Shown here: one piece after another, positions 62,201 to 64,000 of the stretch
How positions within the stretch are numbered: position 1 is the stretch's first letter
Layout: every line of letters starts with the position of its first letter
Source: Hormiphora californensis
Lineage: Eukaryota > Animalia > Ctenophora
Assembly: GCA_020137815.1 (NCBI GenBank)
Contig: CM035357.1
Span: 4,650,001-4,714,000, forward strand
DNA length: 64,000 nucleotides
Reading direction: 5' to 3'
The notes under the pieces: model-generated
Databases searched by the model: none
Told to the model about the DNA's origin: nothing
Seen by the model: only the letters and a program-made list of their open reading frames with translations
Translations under genes and position numbers: made by a program

Positions 62201-63039
62201 GGACAAAACCCTTTCCCCCGAGGGTGCCGTTAAATCGGGGTCCGACTGTATAAGCAAAGATATTCTTCCAATTCTGTTAAAGATGAGTTTAGTAGTAATT
62301 CCTATTCTATTTTCTAATACATATCCCTTGCAGAGGAGGCATATTCGATGGAGATATGTGACATGTTGACAAAGGAGGCGTGCTCTCTCCTGGGTCTCTC
62401 GAAAGAGTCGCCCCTTGCTATAACAGTGGATGCAGGGTGCAAGGCCTTACCTGCCCTAAATGCTATCAAACAGGTATATTATATTTGTATCACTGTCTCT
62501 CTGTCTCCCTCAACTCCAAACCCAATTCCTTTTTTCCAACTCCATAAATTCCAGTAACACAGTGTCATGTTCACAGTGTCATGTTCACGGTGTCATGTTC
62601 ACACATTGTTCAGGTGATGGAGGTTAAACAGTTGTGGGAGCTGAAAGATGAACTTCCCTGCGAGGTGGAACTAGGTCCATCCTGCCAATTCCACACCCTC
62701 CTGGCATGCCCCATCCTCAGGTGAGATCCGAGATTCTGATTACTTCTACAATCCTAGTGACAATAAGTACATTCCTTTCCCCTAAACATATATATCCTCT
62801 CGATCCCAAACTCGCCCAGTAGAGACACTTGTCTAGTCATTAAAACTCCCAAATTGCCCTATAACATGTTTTCTATCACAGGGCCCAGTGTACGAAGACA
62901 AATCCCACCGATGAGGCTAGAATGTGGACATGTCATATCGAACGATGCCTTGAAACGATTGACAATGACCAGCAAAGTGAAGTGTCCATATTGTCCTCAA
63001 GAGACAAGCCCAACCAATGCCCGCGAGCTGCACTTTTGA
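56123..63039 (+). CDS. RMND5: RMND5/Gid2 E3 ligase subunit of the CTLH/GID complex. Exons 56123-56230, 56629-56832, 57897-58066, 58227-58324, 58406-58508 (these three duplicated at 60251-60894), 62334-62473, 62614-62720, 62882-63039; one apparent +1 frameshift at ~62905
   Basis: HKDWHGSISRFGKAIDK; LisH LICEHFLRQG; CTLH LAPAMQWC..NR; CSLLGLSKESPL..AGCKALP; ELPCEVELG..FH..ACPILR; NPPMRLECGHVIS..KCPYCP. Confidence 0.93.
56207..56480 (+). repeat. 39-bp x7 tandem repeat of RMND5 exon-1 end plus donor
   Basis: gacaaactattggaccctgccgtg|gtaagttctt repeated. Confidence 0.95.
56833..57815. repeat. (GTTAGTTAGT)n satellite grading into a 20-22-bp derivative (TGTAGTTAGTCATATCTTG); second copy at 59278-60170
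   Basis: Direct inspection; it begins exactly at the GT donor of RMND5 exon 2. Confidence 0.97.
61074..62248. mobile_element. 1.17-kb Tc1/pogo-type non-autonomous element (CAGTCGGACCCC TIR, TA TSD) with an internal palindrome; truncated duplicate at 58668-59072
   Basis: ta|cagtcggaccccgatttaacgg ... ccgttaaatcggggtccgactg|ta. Confidence 0.88.
61491..61808 (-). mobile_element. Small non-autonomous Helitron nested in the TIR element
   Basis: The minus strand reads A|TCTCTATTATAA...GCGCACCCAATGGGTGCG-CTAG|T: TC start, 3' hairpin, CTAG end, A/T insertion site. Confidence 0.7.
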
Positions 63040-64000
63040 GAAATATGGAACACTCTTTTTCTTGCATCTTTCACATGTTTAAACTTTTTCGAAGAAGAAT
63101 GGGTGTTTAGGCTGGGTATATGAGAGAGTGTTATTTCCCACTTGACAGTGAGACAGCTTGAGGGTGTTTGTATATTGTGTATTATGGTATTTCATATTCA
63201 GTTAACCATCTGAAACACCGTATATTCGATTCTAGTGTGAAGAATGCAGGTGAGACAGCTGTCGAAAGTTTTTATGAAATAAAATGCATGTGTGAGCTGC
63301 TGCACAACAAATGCATGATGCTGAGGACTTTTCAAAAAAAGCTGGACTGGCCAACTCAACTTTTTGTAACGCGCGAAAATCACCCATGATATGTTTGATG
63401 CGCAAAACGCGCGCGTGGGAAGTTTCATGCGCGTAACAACACAACACAGATGCAGGAGTGTAAGCCAGCTCCTTTCCGGGAGGGGGTGTTTCCGGGTTCG
63501 CTTAAACATAGGCCATTGCTCCAGCTCCCCCTGGCTGTCCTTATTAATACAGGAAACGGAGATCAATTCGATCAGACAATTCTTTTCCTTGTCCTTCCAT
63601 AAAAACTCGTGTTTTGAATTAGGTAAAACAAGAAAGAATTACAGAAGTATTATACAATCTACAACACATAGCATCCGCCATCCAGCCTGTTCATTAACAC
63701 AGTCAAAACATCACCAAACATCACAGTTTCTCAGAACTGATAGGAATATTTCAACAGTATCAAATTCATCCATACTAGCGGGTACTGCTGGCTAGCCGAG
63801 CAATATTGGTAGTCACTGTACCTCGCCTTTCAACGTTCGAGTTGTTCATTTAGGGTTAAGTGGAGGCGGTGGTTTGATTTTCTTATCTCTCTTTGCGTTA
63901 TAGTAATCCTGAAATATAGACATTTGTGAAAACATAGAACCAGAGAGTAGCTCGTAGCCCCCCCCCTTGAATTGTTCATACTGACAGTGTCAAACGACTC

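Noticed and set aside
63168-63910. ORFs at the window end, possibly the 3' part of a minus-strand gene
   Set aside because: No recognisable domain or consistent frame can be reconstructed from the visible sequence.

Overview
This is intron-rich eukaryotic (animal) genomic DNA, most likely ctenophore. That call rests on recall only: two short MITE families here translate to peptides I remember from Pleurobrachia gene models, and I have not verified this. Genes in order: (1) the 3' part of a modular papain-family (C1A) protein with an apparently degenerate catalytic-Asn segment, followed by ShK, ShK, CCP/sushi, kringle and ShK domains; (2) an SH3-terminal gene caught in a complex local duplication; (3) a secreted C-type lectin; (4) a 26-kb PKA type II regulatory subunit gene whose introns hold MITEs, Helentron-like elements, a 7-kb tandem array and GA microsatellites; (5) two intronless paralogous type-I membrane proteins; (6) a head-to-head pair of cathepsin-like C1A proteases, one with six C-terminal ShK domains; (7) an intronless arylsulfatase; (8) RMND5/Gid2. 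The main oddities are minisatellites repeatedly built from exon-intron junctions, modular C1A-ShK proteases, rolling-circle elements (one carrying a perfect RFX X-box) and a multi-template rearrangement. Five +1 frameshifts and a poly-G-bridged duplication look like assembly errors.
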